DNA of 63,603 bases, counting the filler, from Globobulimina sp. (lineage: Eukaryota), in assembly GCA_003354225.1 (NCBI GenBank). It is 41 parts of 41 records of this genome, joined end to end, with 100 filler letters (N's around TTAATTAATTAA, not from the genome) between each part and the next. Parts side by side here need not be neighbours in the genome. Positions count along the whole stretch, not along the records: positions 35,750 to 37,203 come from PIVH01016424.1; positions 37,304 to 38,757 come from PIVH01016425.1; positions 38,858 to 40,310 come from PIVH01016426.1; positions 40,411 to 41,863 come from PIVH01016427.1; positions 41,964 to 43,416 come from PIVH01016428.1; positions 43,517 to 44,969 come from PIVH01016429.1; positions 45,070 to 46,522 come from PIVH01016430.1; positions 46,623 to 48,075 come from PIVH01016431.1; 33 more parts are not named here. The stretch is one strand, 5' to 3'. The translations under genes were made by a program, and so were the position numbers. The notes beneath the pieces are model-generated. The model did not search any database and had not been told where the DNA came from. It saw nothing but the letters and a program-made list of their open reading frames with translations. Below, one piece after another: positions 35,750 through 48,222 of this stretch. How positions within the stretch are numbered: position 1 is the stretch's first letter; every line of letters begins with the position of its first letter.

Positions 35750-37203
35750 TCAGACCACATTAATATAACAAAGCTCAAAATACAAAATAAAAATGACAAT
35801 TTAAATTGCCACTATACAGAAAAATGTTATGGAAATAGATGTTCTTGTTGTAAACATGTCAATAATAACCAACTATTAAACTGTACTGTCACCAATAAAC
35901 AATTTGATTCACATACAGATCATGACCATATTAACTGTAACACAAAAAACATTGTCTATCTTATTACTTGTGATAAATGTAAAATACAATATATTGGACA
36001 AACTACTAGAAAACTTAAAGAGAGAATAATGGAGCATATTTATTCAATAAAGAAAAATGAAACTAATACCTATCTTGTTCAACATTTCAATAAAGAAGGG
36101 CATAGCAGTGAAGATCTTAAAGTACAAATTATTGAAACAGTCACTATACAAAAAGAAAAAGGAAAGAATCGAAAAGAATGTGAAGAAGCAGAAGATTTTT
36201 GGATACGGCAGTTTATTACGGCATTTCCATTTGGTCTTAATGATAGAATAAAATGTTATGGAGATGTGTCTAGTGGGATTATACCAGCTACAAAAACTAC
36301 CCATCCGTATTTCTGTAAACCAATCATCACAGTAAAAAGTAACAGGAAACGAACAAAAAAGAGGGAATCAAGAACTGTGGATCCGGAAATAATGGATAAG
36401 GCTAAAAGGATTCAAGATAGTGATCATGATTGCTTTGATAGACATAAATTATATTTGTTTTTACGATCATTGTCTAAAAAGAATTTACTGGTTATTAATG
36501 ATGCAATAAAAATGGGAAACATGGAATTTTGGCACGAAGATATTAAATTAGCTACACAAGCATACATTGCAGGTTACTACAGCAAAAACAAAATATTAAA
36601 CAAACAAAAGGGTATAATAATAGTAGCAAACTTTCCTAACAAAGGTATGGAAATGCTGAAATTAGAAACAATTTTTAAGGATAGAAGACTACAAAAAGCA
36701 TTTACATTTCAAAACCAAAAATCTGAACAACCTATTATTACTTATAAATATGTAACACCTATCAGTCGTAAATTGTTTAATTATAATTATTTTCTTAAAA
36801 AGCTAAATATTAATGAAATTAAAAATATTGCTAAAAATAAATGTGAATGTGTTAATTCAAAATTCGTTTATAAAAAATGCCATCATATAATTACGGGAGA
36901 TTTAAATATTGTTGAAAATACAAAACTAAGAAATCTGCTTGGGAAAGGAGCAAAATACAGAGAACCAATGGCTTTCAACTGGATAGAAGTTAAAGACAGT
37001 GCTATGATAGCGGTAAATGAGTATGTCAGAAAAACCATCAGAAAATGTACAACAAGTAAAAGAAGATTTATATTAACAGCCATGGAAGACTATAAAAAAC
37101 TATCTACTAAGATAATCGATAATAGAATTCGGTTCTTAGCAGATAATGTGGAGGACCATACCCAAAGGCTGTCAATTTTATGTCAACAACAATGTTATAA
37201 AGA
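35750..37203 (+). mobile_element. Penelope-like retroelement fragment with N-terminal GIY-YIG endonuclease (permuted, Naiad-like)
   Basis: Frame open over the whole contig: KCYGNRCSCC...NC.TKNIVYLITC..C.IQYIGQT.R.LKERI.EH...HF...H...E.FWI...FPFGLN, then CEC...HHIITGDLNIVENTKLRNLLGKGAKYRE (pre-RT region). Confidence 0.82.
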
Positions 37204-37303
37204 NNNNNNNNNNNNNNNNNNNNNNNNNNNNNNNNNNNNNNNNNNNNTTAATTAATTAANNNNNNNNNNNNNNNNNNNNNNNNNNNNNNNNNNNNNNNNN
37301 NNN

Positions 37304-38757
37304 CTCAACAGAAAATAGGCTTCACTACGGGAGATATTGTCATTAAAATCCATGTACAGTAATATTGCTTCCTTAATTTGTCCCCGCATCGCTTTTGTCT
37401 CATTCAATCTGTAATATTTTGATTCTTTAGGTAATGGTCCAAATATTACATTACAAATTCTAAGGCAGCCAGGTGGTGGAACATTTTCGACATTCTTCCA
37501 ATCATCAGGCAACGGATGACGTTTTATCACTGTAGATTCGGGTACCAACAATGATTGATCCGGTGGAGGTGGCTTTGGTCCCTTCGAGTCCACTGTGTCT
37601 TCTAGAGGTCTACATGAAGTCTGACTATTCTTCTTTCTCTGTTGTCTTGCTTGTATCATAACTTCACGCAGATCATCTGTATCTGGAGATGAATCACTAC
37701 TGTCAGACAAATTCCGGGTGTCATCAATAAGACCACTTTGATCAACACTATTCAAAACATTGGGTACCGTTGTCAGTCGATCACTTGCCACTTCACGTAC
37801 TGCTCGTTGTCTACGTTGTACAGCTCCTCTTCTCTGTTCCTCAGTGCGTTGTTCTAATGGCTGTTCTAACGTACCGTCAATTAAGGGTCTTCGATCTCCT
37901 GGTGTTATTTGTCCCCTTTCCCAATACTGGCTGTGTAAATCAATAGGAGTAAACAATGACTGATCCAGGTTCCCACTCTGTATCGTCTCATGCAAAGTTG
38001 CCGATCCAGTGGCAGCATCAGTTTCAATTACAACTCGTGTTTCAATATCATTATTTCCAGAAGCGTTTAATGCGGCAGAATTTGCATTTTCCGATAGTGA
38101 GTCCGGTACAGGTGTCGTAGATCGGTTCGGTGTAACTGCCACTCCATCAATCAACGCACTGACAATAGCAGGATCTAGCAGAACTGAATTATCATTAGGA
38201 TTTGATGGAATTCCATTTGATCCAATACTGTCTCGTCGAGCATTTGTCTGTGCTGACGTAGATGCAGGTTCTTCCAGTTGATCCCATTCGGCAGAAGATT
38301 TGGGCACACGATTTGCTGGTTCCGGTATGTTTTCATCAATTTCTTTTAATACCGCCTCCATAACATTAGAATCCTTTGGACTTCCAGGTATCTCTGGTGG
38401 AATGACACAAAATTTCCATTTTCTAGCACCAGGGCTTCGATCCAAAAGCGAAGTCGATTCAAAGAAACGTCCCGGTTCCAATGTACTTGTTCCTGAATTC
38501 TCTGGTTTCTGATCATCACCAGGTTGTGGTACAACAGTAATATCACTTGTACTGTCAAGTACTAATATTGATTCTGTTGATTCAGGCACAATCTCTACTG
38601 GACTAGGAGTAATCCAATCAGCCTCTGCTTCTTTCGCTTTACGCCACTCGGTCATCTGTACTGGTTGTTCAGGGATAGTATTACCGGGCAAATCGGGACA
38701 ATCATTTGTTAATGAATTACAGTTCGGATCTTCTGTTAAAGGAGTACGCACCACTTT
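37304..38757 (-). CDS. Hypothetical Pro/Ser/Asp-rich, probably disordered protein (intronless, higher GC; source uncertain)
   Basis: About 480 codons open; no recognisable domain. Confidence 0.55.
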
Positions 38758-38857
38758 NNNNNNNNNNNNNNNNNNNNNNNNNNNNNNNNNNNNNNNNNNN
38801 NTTAATTAATTAANNNNNNNNNNNNNNNNNNNNNNNNNNNNNNNNNNNNNNNNNNNN

Positions 38858-40310
38858 CTGCTGTATATTCAATTGCTGTTTAGTCAACTCCTCATTAATT
38901 GCACTCAGTTCCTTTGAATTATCAACTTCACTGTTTGAAATTGTAGGTGCACCTGGTATTTTAGATAGAAGATTTGTTACACCCCCCATTTTATTCATTG
39001 AATCATACATTTCAACCATATCATTTTCTTGACATTCTATTCGATTTACACCATTTGGCGGATTTGGTATCAATTCCACATTGTCATTTTCATTGATTTT
39101 AATATTACATTGTTCGAAATTATTTGGATATGGAAACTGTTTTGTATCGATTAAATGTATTAATTCTTTTGTATTTATTAATGTGCCTGCTTTTATACTG
39201 GCAGATATTTGAATTTTCGATTTAATCTTATCATCCATTGTAATCACCGCATTATCCATTAAATGCAAACCAAAGGAACTCCCGTAATCACTTTTTATTG
39301 TATTGATTGTATTTTGTCCTTGAAATAGTACATCGCCTCCGAACACACTCATTCCTGTGGCATGCGTACCTGTCGCCCCTTCATTGTCTAATTGTCCTTG
39401 ACTGCCTCCGTCATGTTCCCCGCTATAATTAAAACACGCATAACTTATCATATATTATATATATTTTTTTGTTATTATATTTATATAATATACATATTGT
39501 ACCTGCTTAATGGCGATTGATTGTATAAATTTGTGATTTGTATTTTGCTGATAATAACATCTTCAATCAAATCAAATCTCGCACCAATTATCCCTTTATT
39601 TGTATGTTGCATAATATCTCCATTGCAGATAAATGAAACACACGACGGTAAATATTCAAATTCGTCATTTCCGTTTCCATCCAATGCCCATTGTAAAAAT
39701 ACAGAGTTCATTGATGAGCCATAATCCAATCCATTATAGTCTTTACCGTAAATAGCCAAAGCAATTTGTGCATCGCTTAATGGATTTCCAACATATTTTA
39801 AGTGCGTAAACGCACCGCTATCGATATTATGACGCTTATTATCTCCAACCATTTGCCGAATATCCATCACATCGCCAAATGGTCCCTTTACCGGCGTAAC
39901 TGTCTTCAAATCTGGGTTTGTATTTGTACATTTATCAAAATACACCGTTGGTATTTCATTAACATTAAGTTTTAGATTATGAATATCGACATTTTCTATC
40001 AATACACGTTCCCCATCGCCAATTGGATCATTCTCAAACTGACCAAATCCAAAAATAGCAATATTTCTCGAATGCAATACCAATCCATATAACGATGCGC
40101 CATCCGGTAACAACGATGGATTGCCGAATAAATCGATGGATGCTGAATATAATGGATTACTCACATCATTTATGCTGGTTTTATTTATAAAATGTCTGAA
40201 TGCGATATCCATCGAAGATAATAAGTTTGAATATATTTCTTGTAATGATATTTGCCGATTGACTGAAAACGAAATTATTTCATTTTCTGCCACAAATTGG
40301 CTGCCCATTT
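38858..40310 (-). CDS. Hypothetical protein with one intron
   Basis: ORFs 39481-40308 and 38810-39451 join in frame through a 59-bp GT-AG intron (39502-39444). Confidence 0.7.
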
Positions 40311-40895
40311 NNNNNNNNNNNNNNNNNNNNNNNNNNNNNNNNNNNNNNNNNNNNTTAATTAATTAANNNNNNNNNNNNNNNNNNNNNNNNNNNNNNNNNN
40401 NNNNNNNNNNTAGAAGAGTTACAAGAAATAATTATATGTACAATGTCAGTCAAGATTGTTTGTAAAGATATAAATACTGTATTTGGATGGCACTCTGTCT
40501 GTCACATAATACTCCCAGTACGTATGCATATATTTTGTTACATCAACTCAGGACTGACTGTAATTTTTTCAAGCATTTTTATAATTATAGCTGGTTTTTG
40601 TAACCAACAACGAGCTTGCCGGGTCCGGTAATGGACCTATGAAGGATTGGAACAGATATGGTTTACAAGACAAAACTCATAGTTTGCCCGACGAAGTGGA
40701 AGTATTTGTCCTCGATCCCCTCGCTGGAAGTATTGACAAAGGATGGATTCGTCCAGGATTGACGACATGGGATCCAGTTTTTGGGTGGATTTATTATTTG
40801 CAATTCAGTAAAGGAAAAACTGATAGATTAAAACCATATAAAGTGAGGCATTATCTTATGTCATGTCTTTCTGTAAAGCACATACTGATGCCATC

Positions 40896-41163
40896 TTGTT
40901 ACATCACAGTAGGCATCTTGCATCGACTGATGCAAGATGCCAGAACTGATGTACTGATGCAAGATAAGAGATAACCACAATAGTAGTATCTAATAAGGTT
41001 AATGTACTGTATCATCGCATCAGTATATATATACAGTACTTTAATAGTATAGTATAGTATAGTATACAGTAGGTACTGTACTACGGTATATGGATTATCG
41101 TTCTGTAGAACAGTACTGCATTGTTACATCACAATAGGCATATTGCATCAACTGATGCAAGAT
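40896..41163. repeat. 43-bp direct repeat containing a 13-bp perfect hairpin
   Basis: Copies at 40896-40938 and 41121-41163 (3 mismatches); GGCATCTTGCATC-GACT-GATGCAAGATGCC at 40912-40941. Confidence 0.8.
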
Positions 41164-42252
41164 ACAAGGTAACTGCAGTAGACATGCATCATATCTGTTC
41201 TGTTGCAGAATGTGGGATTTCCACAGTCCCTTGTCCATCGGATACGCGAGAAAGAAAGGAAACGTGGCAATAATTTGGGGCCTGTTAACGGTTACAACAA
41301 GGACAAATTCCATTCATTGCCACTTGGTTCCATCATACAGATCAAGACTGAACCATCGTCTTACTTCCGAATCTTCATCAAACTCAAATGGGAAATGTCT
41401 TATGTCTGTCTCCGCTGCACGAAGGATGACGGTAGTTTGATGGTTGGTCCATTTGATTATGCTATCATTCCCTTTGAACAACTTGCCGATTTGCCCCCAG
41501 ATGATAATGTAATCAACAATTGGAGAAATTTGGACCCAAAACAAAAAATTGATGACATTGATGAACTCTGGGATGTAATGGAAAAGGAAAAGGCGAGAAA
41601 ATCTAACAATAGGTCAGTTTTCTACTGAAAACTTTAGGAAAATTTTTGTGAAAAAAAAACCCCCAAAAACTCCCCAAACGGACGACCTGTTTTTGGCTGT
41701 CAGACGTGTTAAACAACAGCACATAGTAATCAGGGAAAACTTAGGGGATTTAAATTGAATCAGGGGATTCAGTGTATTTTCGCTGAACACCAATTTTCTA
41801 TTGGTTCGGAATGATTTTCTATACCTTTTACACTGCTGTTATTTCAAAAGTTCCATTAAAATTNNNNNNNNNNNNNNNNNNNNNNNNNNNNNNNNNNNNN
41901 NNNNNNNTTAATTAATTAANNNNNNNNNNNNNNNNNNNNNNNNNNNNNNNNNNNNNNNNNNNNCTTATTGCATGTGCAGGAACTTTGAAAATAACAACTT
42001 GTTTTGCAGTAGACGAGCATTTAGTTTGTCACAAATTTGCATGTGGTTTGTCATTCGATATTGCTTCATATGTACAAACGTGCATGGTAAGTAACAAAAT
42101 ATTTAACACTAATATTATATATAAACAATATAATAATACAAAGATAGTCAGACGCAAAAATGTATCACCACAAAACACATAAAATCAGACGCAAACACAA
42201 AAAAACACAAAATAATACATAAGGAAAGTAGGCTAGATAGAGGTGGGTGTCA

Positions 42253-43062
42253 TCAATTATGTAATTTTAGACTCGAAAAATCCATTTCAATGTCATTTGG
42301 GTTAATACCAAACTCGTTAAAAATTACTAATATTTGCTGCAACTCAAATGTCATGTCATTGACGGATGGATCAGATTTAAATAGCACACGATTTAAAATA
42401 CGATTTTTAAGATATTTGGACGAAATATGGCTGGCCTTATACTCATATAAAGAATCACCAATTGAGGTTATACAATTTATGCAATCTTGTTTATTTTCAA
42501 AATGTTCATTAAAAACGTTGGTAAATACAATCTCTTTCCATTTATAATAATTTGTCGGATATTTACTTTTTATTTTGGGTGTTGCCGCTGACAATATTTT
42601 AATTTTATGTCTTTTCAATAAATTTTGAAAAGACATGAAAGTCTGTTGAACAATGCCAACATTCAAACATTTATCAATCCAATCACAGGTTCCATTTGTC
42701 ACAATAATTATATTTGATGCCCCGTAAAAGCTAATCATTTTAATGAATATTTGGTTAATTAAAGATACTAAGATTGCTAATTTGGACATGAATTGTTTAT
42801 CTTTTTTATCTTGCTGTGTTATAAAGGAAGTGGTTGGAAATATGGTGTCATCCCAATCCCAAATAATTAGGTTTTTTCGTTTAATTGCTATATTTTGGTG
42901 GAAGAGTTCAAGTTGGATTTGTTTTTGCTGTTGCCAGGAGCTATAATTATTACAGCTTGTGAACGCTAATAACGAATCATAGTCACTATATGATGAACTG
43001 TAGGAATCCGATGAAATGGATAGTTGGTTCATTGTATGATTTAATTGTTCGTTACAGAGCAA
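42253..43062 (-). CDS. HAD-superfamily hydrolase-like protein
   Basis: IWDWDDTIFPT (motif I), IVTNG (II), WK..F (III), SIGDS (IV). Confidence 0.8.
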   Translation of the reverse strand: MLCNEQLNHTMNQLSISSDSYSSSYSDYDSLLAFTSCNNYSSWQQQKQIQLELFHQNIAIKRKNLIIWDWDDTIFPTTSFITQQDKKDKQFMSKLAILVSLINQIFIKMISFYGASNIIIVTNGTCDWIDKCLNVGIVQQTFMSFQNLLKRHKIKILSAATPKIKSKYPTNYYKWKEIVFTNVFNEHFENKQDCINCITSIGDSLYEYKASHISSKYLKNRILNRVLFKSDPSVNDMTFELQQILVIFNEFGINPNDIEMDFSSLKLHN

Positions 43063-43728
43063 AAAAATGAGAAAGGAACATATTTAAATCTGTGACAGCA
43101 TGCAACAGAAAGTTTTTTACTAATAAAATTTTTCGCAAAGATATACACTATATTAAACTCAACTTCTCAACTAAATCACTAACACCATTTGAATCAACGC
43201 CACAAACTTTGAAATAAAATAGTGTTTATGAATGACACATTTACATTATTTTGAGACTGCCTTTTTGTTTGCATTGATTTGGTATTCATAGATTTAGCAT
43301 AGATTCACGCCAAATTCTCAGGAAACACATTAAATCTACATTTTAATCTGGATTCTATCTAAAATAAAAATACAATAACCATAAATTTAAAATAGTAAAC
43401 AACAAAACATTAATTANNNNNNNNNNNNNNNNNNNNNNNNNNNNNNNNNNNNNNNNNNNNTTAATTAATTAANNNNNNNNNNNNNNNNNNNNNNNNNNNN
43501 NNNNNNNNNNNNNNNNATACTGCAATTGCGGAGCATGCGTGTCATAGCAGAGGCTCCATAATAATTAAATAATAAAATAATATAATAATATCCATATAAT
43601 CCATATCCATTCCATCTCATCACCGTAGGATTCGAACCTACATCCATTTGGTTTGCTTTCCATTTTTCTTATTTGTAGCATTTTCCTATGTTGCTAACAA
43701 TTAGGGGTTGTTCTTATATTGCGCAATA

Positions 43729-44708
43729 AAGGGTGTTGCAAAAGTCTGTTCACCCCATACAGTAAATGCACTGTAACTCAATGAATATTTGACTCCCATC
43801 AATATAAATCATATCACGATAAACATAAACATTTGAGGTACAAAATGTGATTCATGGTTTTATCCGAATGGCATTACATCTATTTTTATTGATCCTGACA
43901 TTTGTATTGATCCTATTTATTTATCTGAAAAAACGAACAATTTTTATTTATACATATGATCAAAAATACACATCTGTTGTGATACAAAATACAATGTAAT
44001 GTTGCATAATATATTGTACTTGATTGAAATATCATATTATTAACGTTATATGATATCAAATAAAGTGTCTTAAAACAATTAGAGTGTCATTTATGTGAAT
44101 AACTGACTTCATGTTTTTGCAGCTACTAACTCAAAATTTTCTAAGATAATATTTGCCAAAATTTTCTAAGATTTGAACAGGAATCTTGCCTCATTCTTGT
44201 TCAACTTTTCTTAGCATTGCTTTGATTCTGCCAAATCCACCATCAACATAAACTTGTTGAGCCAAATAATTCCATAAATTCAATTTGAGAACAGATTTGC
44301 CATCTTTATGCATTTGAACGCATCTTATTCTATCTTGTTCTTGTTTGGCTGGGGAGTCACTCCAGATTGGCATAATAATCCCGTATTGAATAGAAAAATG
44401 ATTGGAATAATATTTCCGTAATCAGTATTGAATATAACAAATCCAAATATAGCAGAATACACAAATTCAACCAGCAGAAAACCAAATGTTAATCCAAAGT
44501 CAAAGTTTTTACAAATTCTGTAATTTCACAAATCATCAAAATAAAGAATGTGCCCTAGTTTTAACAATATCAATCAGAATGGATTAATATTAGCACACAA
44601 CAAACATATATCATAGATAAACAATCACACAAAAAATCAATATTGTACATATCATATATGTCAAGTTATGGAGCCATTATGGGGTGAACAGACTTTTGTA
44701 ACACCCTT
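43729..44708 (-). mobile_element. Internally deleted Tc1/mariner-superfamily DNA transposon (980 bp)
   Basis: 28-bp TIR AAGGGTGTT(G/A)CAAAAGTCTGTTCACCCC, flanked by TA on both sides. Remnant frame RIRCVQMHKDGKS joined to NLWNYLAQQVY...EQE*GKIP, i.e. transposase N- and C-termini. Confidence 0.85.
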
Positions 44709-44710
44709 TA

Positions 44711-44837
44711 ATATGATCCCTTGACAGTCTAATATATTAGTATATATGATCCCTTGACAGGTCCACAATTTATTAAATATATTAGCTGGAACTAATATAT
44801 ATTAGCTACTCATATGAGTATATCTTATCGGGAACAC
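44711..44837 (-). repeat. One end of the same repeat family as the MITE at 1986-2425
   Basis: Reverse complement reads GTGTTCCCGATAAGATATACTCATA...GTGGACCTGTCAAGGGATCATATAT, similar to GTGTTCCCGCAAAGAACTACGCATA...GTGGACCTGTCGAGGGATCATATAT. Confidence 0.75.
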
Positions 44838-45457
44838 TACTGTAGTCTAATTGCAATAAATTGCAATAACTCGAGACTTTTTTTGTTGTGTTTATCTGCT
44901 GTCTGTGATCCATATTGTTGTGCTAAATAAGCTTGCGTTAAAAGCCCACAACTCAGGTCTAAATTGCAANNNNNNNNNNNNNNNNNNNNNNNNNNNNNNN
45001 NNNNNNNNNNNNNTTAATTAATTAANNNNNNNNNNNNNNNNNNNNNNNNNNNNNNNNNNNNNNNNNNNNATAGCCCACGTTAGAAAAAGGCGGAAGACCA
45101 CCAGGTAATCATGCATGAAACATGAATTTCGATCGGTTCAACAACCACAAGTTCAATTTTCTTGATTGGTACTACTGTAGACGGTTGCTACTGAAAGAGA
45201 ATGAGTTATTCGCACATTTTAATAGTGGCCTTTTTCAATATCATCTAGCTTAATCTGAGCAGTAACAGAGTAGTTAATCAGAAAGATCAATTAACGTTGT
45301 TTACTGAAAATCATAAAGCCAGAATTGAAATAATGCGACAATATTATCGCAAAGGAACATGTAAGTTTTGTACCTACATGAACCTAATGAGTTTAGACAT
45401 TCAGTCCTGGATGTTTAAAAGATGTGGTTTTCCATACATACATGTACATGTATCCGT

Positions 45458-45968
45458 TAGAGATGAACACGAGCCTGAAAAGCTCGGCTCGGCTCGAGCT
45501 CGGCTCGGCTCGTGAGCCTGATTTGAGCGAGCTTTTCGACATTTAAAAGCTCGCGAGCTGCGCCGAGCCGAGCCTGCTTTTTGGTCAACGAGCCAAACGA
45601 GCTTTTGCCTTTATACTGTCAAAAGATGGCCTAAAAATCATTAGAAATACTGTAAAACTTATCACAAAATTGGGTTTTCTTCTGAAAATTTATGTTTCAA
45701 CCAGATATGTGCATGTAAAACTCGAACAATAATTGACAATTAATACAAATAAGATTGATTTTTAGTTAAAAGGAGCCTCTCGCGAGCTTTTTACGATTTT
45801 TGCGAGCTTTTTCACTATTTTTCGCGAGCTTTTTGGAAATTTTTGGGCTCGCGAGCCGAGCTCGAGCAAGCCTAACTGTGTCAGGAAACGAGCCGAGCCG
45901 AGCCGAGCTTTCAAATTACAATTTCAAGCCGAGCCGAGCCCGATTTTTTAGGCTCATGTTCATCTCTA
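45458..45968. mobile_element. hAT-like MITE (511 bp) with subterminal GAGCC/GGCTC arrays
   Basis: TIR TAGAGATGAACA(C/T)GAGCCT; many GAGCC/GGCTC pentamers near both ends; no clear 8-bp TSD. Confidence 0.8.
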
Positions 45969-46622
45969 GCAGAAAGCTGTATTTTTTGCGTTACTGTAGA
46001 AATGGTTACTGTTCATATTGGTGAACCGGTTGATGTCTTCACTATATATCTAAATATTTAAATTAATATTAATTTGCCGGATTTGCATATGTTTAAATGC
46101 CCCGCTATATAAACTAGTGTATCAAGCGATCAGTTATGATGGTTCCTATTACCGCAATTTACGATCCGCCTATAATCAGATGCTAGGAAACTTAAATTGG
46201 TTTGTAGTTATTTGCTTGCTCTTACAATAAGTAAAACGCCTCTAATTCATTCATTTAATACGATTTATGTTAGTATAATCTTAAAGTAATACCCAAAGTT
46301 GCAGTTTTAACCAGTTTTAGCAAAGTGGAAGTCCATAGCAATGGTTTAAATTCATCGCGTTTCCTGAAATACATACTACAACAGAGCTATTCATTTAACG
46401 AGTGTTGATCACTTAACCATAGATATCTCTAACTATCTGGCTCACTAGTTTCCGTCGGCTACCATCAGACGTCTCTTTGATCGAATCGAGATCGATCACA
46501 TTATAGTAAAATATTGGTGGTGNNNNNNNNNNNNNNNNNNNNNNNNNNNNNNNNNNNNNNNNNNNNTTAATTAATTAANNNNNNNNNNNNNNNNNNNNNN
46601 NNNNNNNNNNNNNNNNNNNNNN

Positions 46623-48075
46623 GTTAATGCTAGTGTAGATTATAATGGAGATGGAGTCACAATTGGCGATGCTTATCACTTAGAGGAATATATTAACAAT
46701 ACTCAACTATGTAAAACAAAAAATTGCGTATTAGATGGTGATACAGAGGTAACCGAGGCAGATTCAATTATCTATGATAGATATTTAGAAACGGGACTTA
46801 TCGAATGTTCAACGACTTGCGTATCTACACTTCAAACATGTAAAGTTCCAAACATACCAGTGAAGTATTGTGGATATTCTGAAATTGTTGGAGAGAGCGG
46901 TATAAATCAAAGGTATGAATATAATGAATTATTTGATTATGATGATGATGATGCAATAACAATATCTGATGTAAATATGTTAAATCAATCCACAAAAGGA
47001 TTTGGATGTACACTAAAAGACTGCGACATAGATAATAATGGCGTGATTGATGATAACGACATTGTCCTTTTCGAAATGTATGTGAATCATGGCAAAGTTG
47101 GATGTAATGGAAATTATGATTGTAAAAATGGACAGAGTTGCTCAATGGAATCAGAAATGCAAAATTATTGTGCATGGGAAAATCATTCATATTATTTTGA
47201 AATTAAATATCCACTAAAAGAAAATGCCAAGAGTGAATTTACATTTACTTGTCTAGAGAATGATATAGTGACCGACATAACAAAAGAAATTGATGTTGAT
47301 ACAAAGTCTCCTGCAATTTTCAATGTTAGATCAGAAACAGGGTATTTGTCAAATGAAGAAAAGAATGAATTTGTAATTATTAAAGGCGACAACAATAGCA
47401 CAACAACGAGAATCATACTTGAAGCAAACGAAGAAGTGTATTGTAGATATGATTCAGATTTACTTCATGATGAATATATGTTTATGGATTATTCGTTTGT
47501 TGATAAAGACGATATATGGAAATATAAATATCAATCTTATACACCTCATATGTATTTTAATGATTCTGACGGAACGAAGTCAGTTCAGTATTATGCAAGT
47601 TGTATTGACAAGGCAGGCAACGAAGCTCGATCTTTTAGGGATATAAGATTTGTGATTGATTTAGATAGAAATGTGCACATATTCAATATAACTCCGGTAG
47701 AAAATGATATGTATATTAATAAAAATGAATTGACAATAGGATTTTATACAGTTGAAGATGCAAGTTGCAAAATAGATGAAGATACTAGTAAAGATACGAA
47801 ATGGGACCAATTTGTTGATTTTTTGAATGCACCTGAAACAATACAAACAATGGCTCTTGATATATATTATTATCATGAATACACAATTGAAGACCTTACG
47901 GATGCGTATGGTGATCCAAAAGATTATCGTGGTTTTAAAAGATACGGATTTGAAATAACTTGTAGTGATGTAAACGAACTCGTATTTGATGATAAAATTA
48001 ATAGATCGTTTAAGGTTGATGTAACTAGTCCAGAGATTATTGTTCAAGTTCCCGACAATGAAAATGATATAGAAT
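46623..48075 (+). CDS. Large acidic prokaryotic-like surface protein with dockerin/EF-hand-like and Ig-like repeats (possibly DPANN archaeal), internal fragment
   Basis: Frame open over the whole contig with no introns. DYNGDG, DYDDDDAITISDV, DIDNNGVIDDNDI; repeats with NE.VYCRY, SCIDKAGN, VDTKSP / VDVTSP. Confidence 0.6.
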
Positions 48076-48222
48076 NNNNNNNNNNNNNNNNNNNNNNNNN
48101 NNNNNNNNNNNNNNNNNNNTTAATTAATTAANNNNNNNNNNNNNNNNNNNNNNNNNNNNNNNNNNNNNNNNNNNNGGGATGGGGGTGGGGGGGTTGTGGG
48201 GGAGTGCTCATACCCCATTGCT

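Noticed and set aside
43622..43642. tRNA T-arm-like hairpin GTAGG-TTCGAAT-CCTAC on the minus strand
   Set aside because: No D-arm/A-box, anticodon arm or acceptor stem could be built; at most a SINE remnant.
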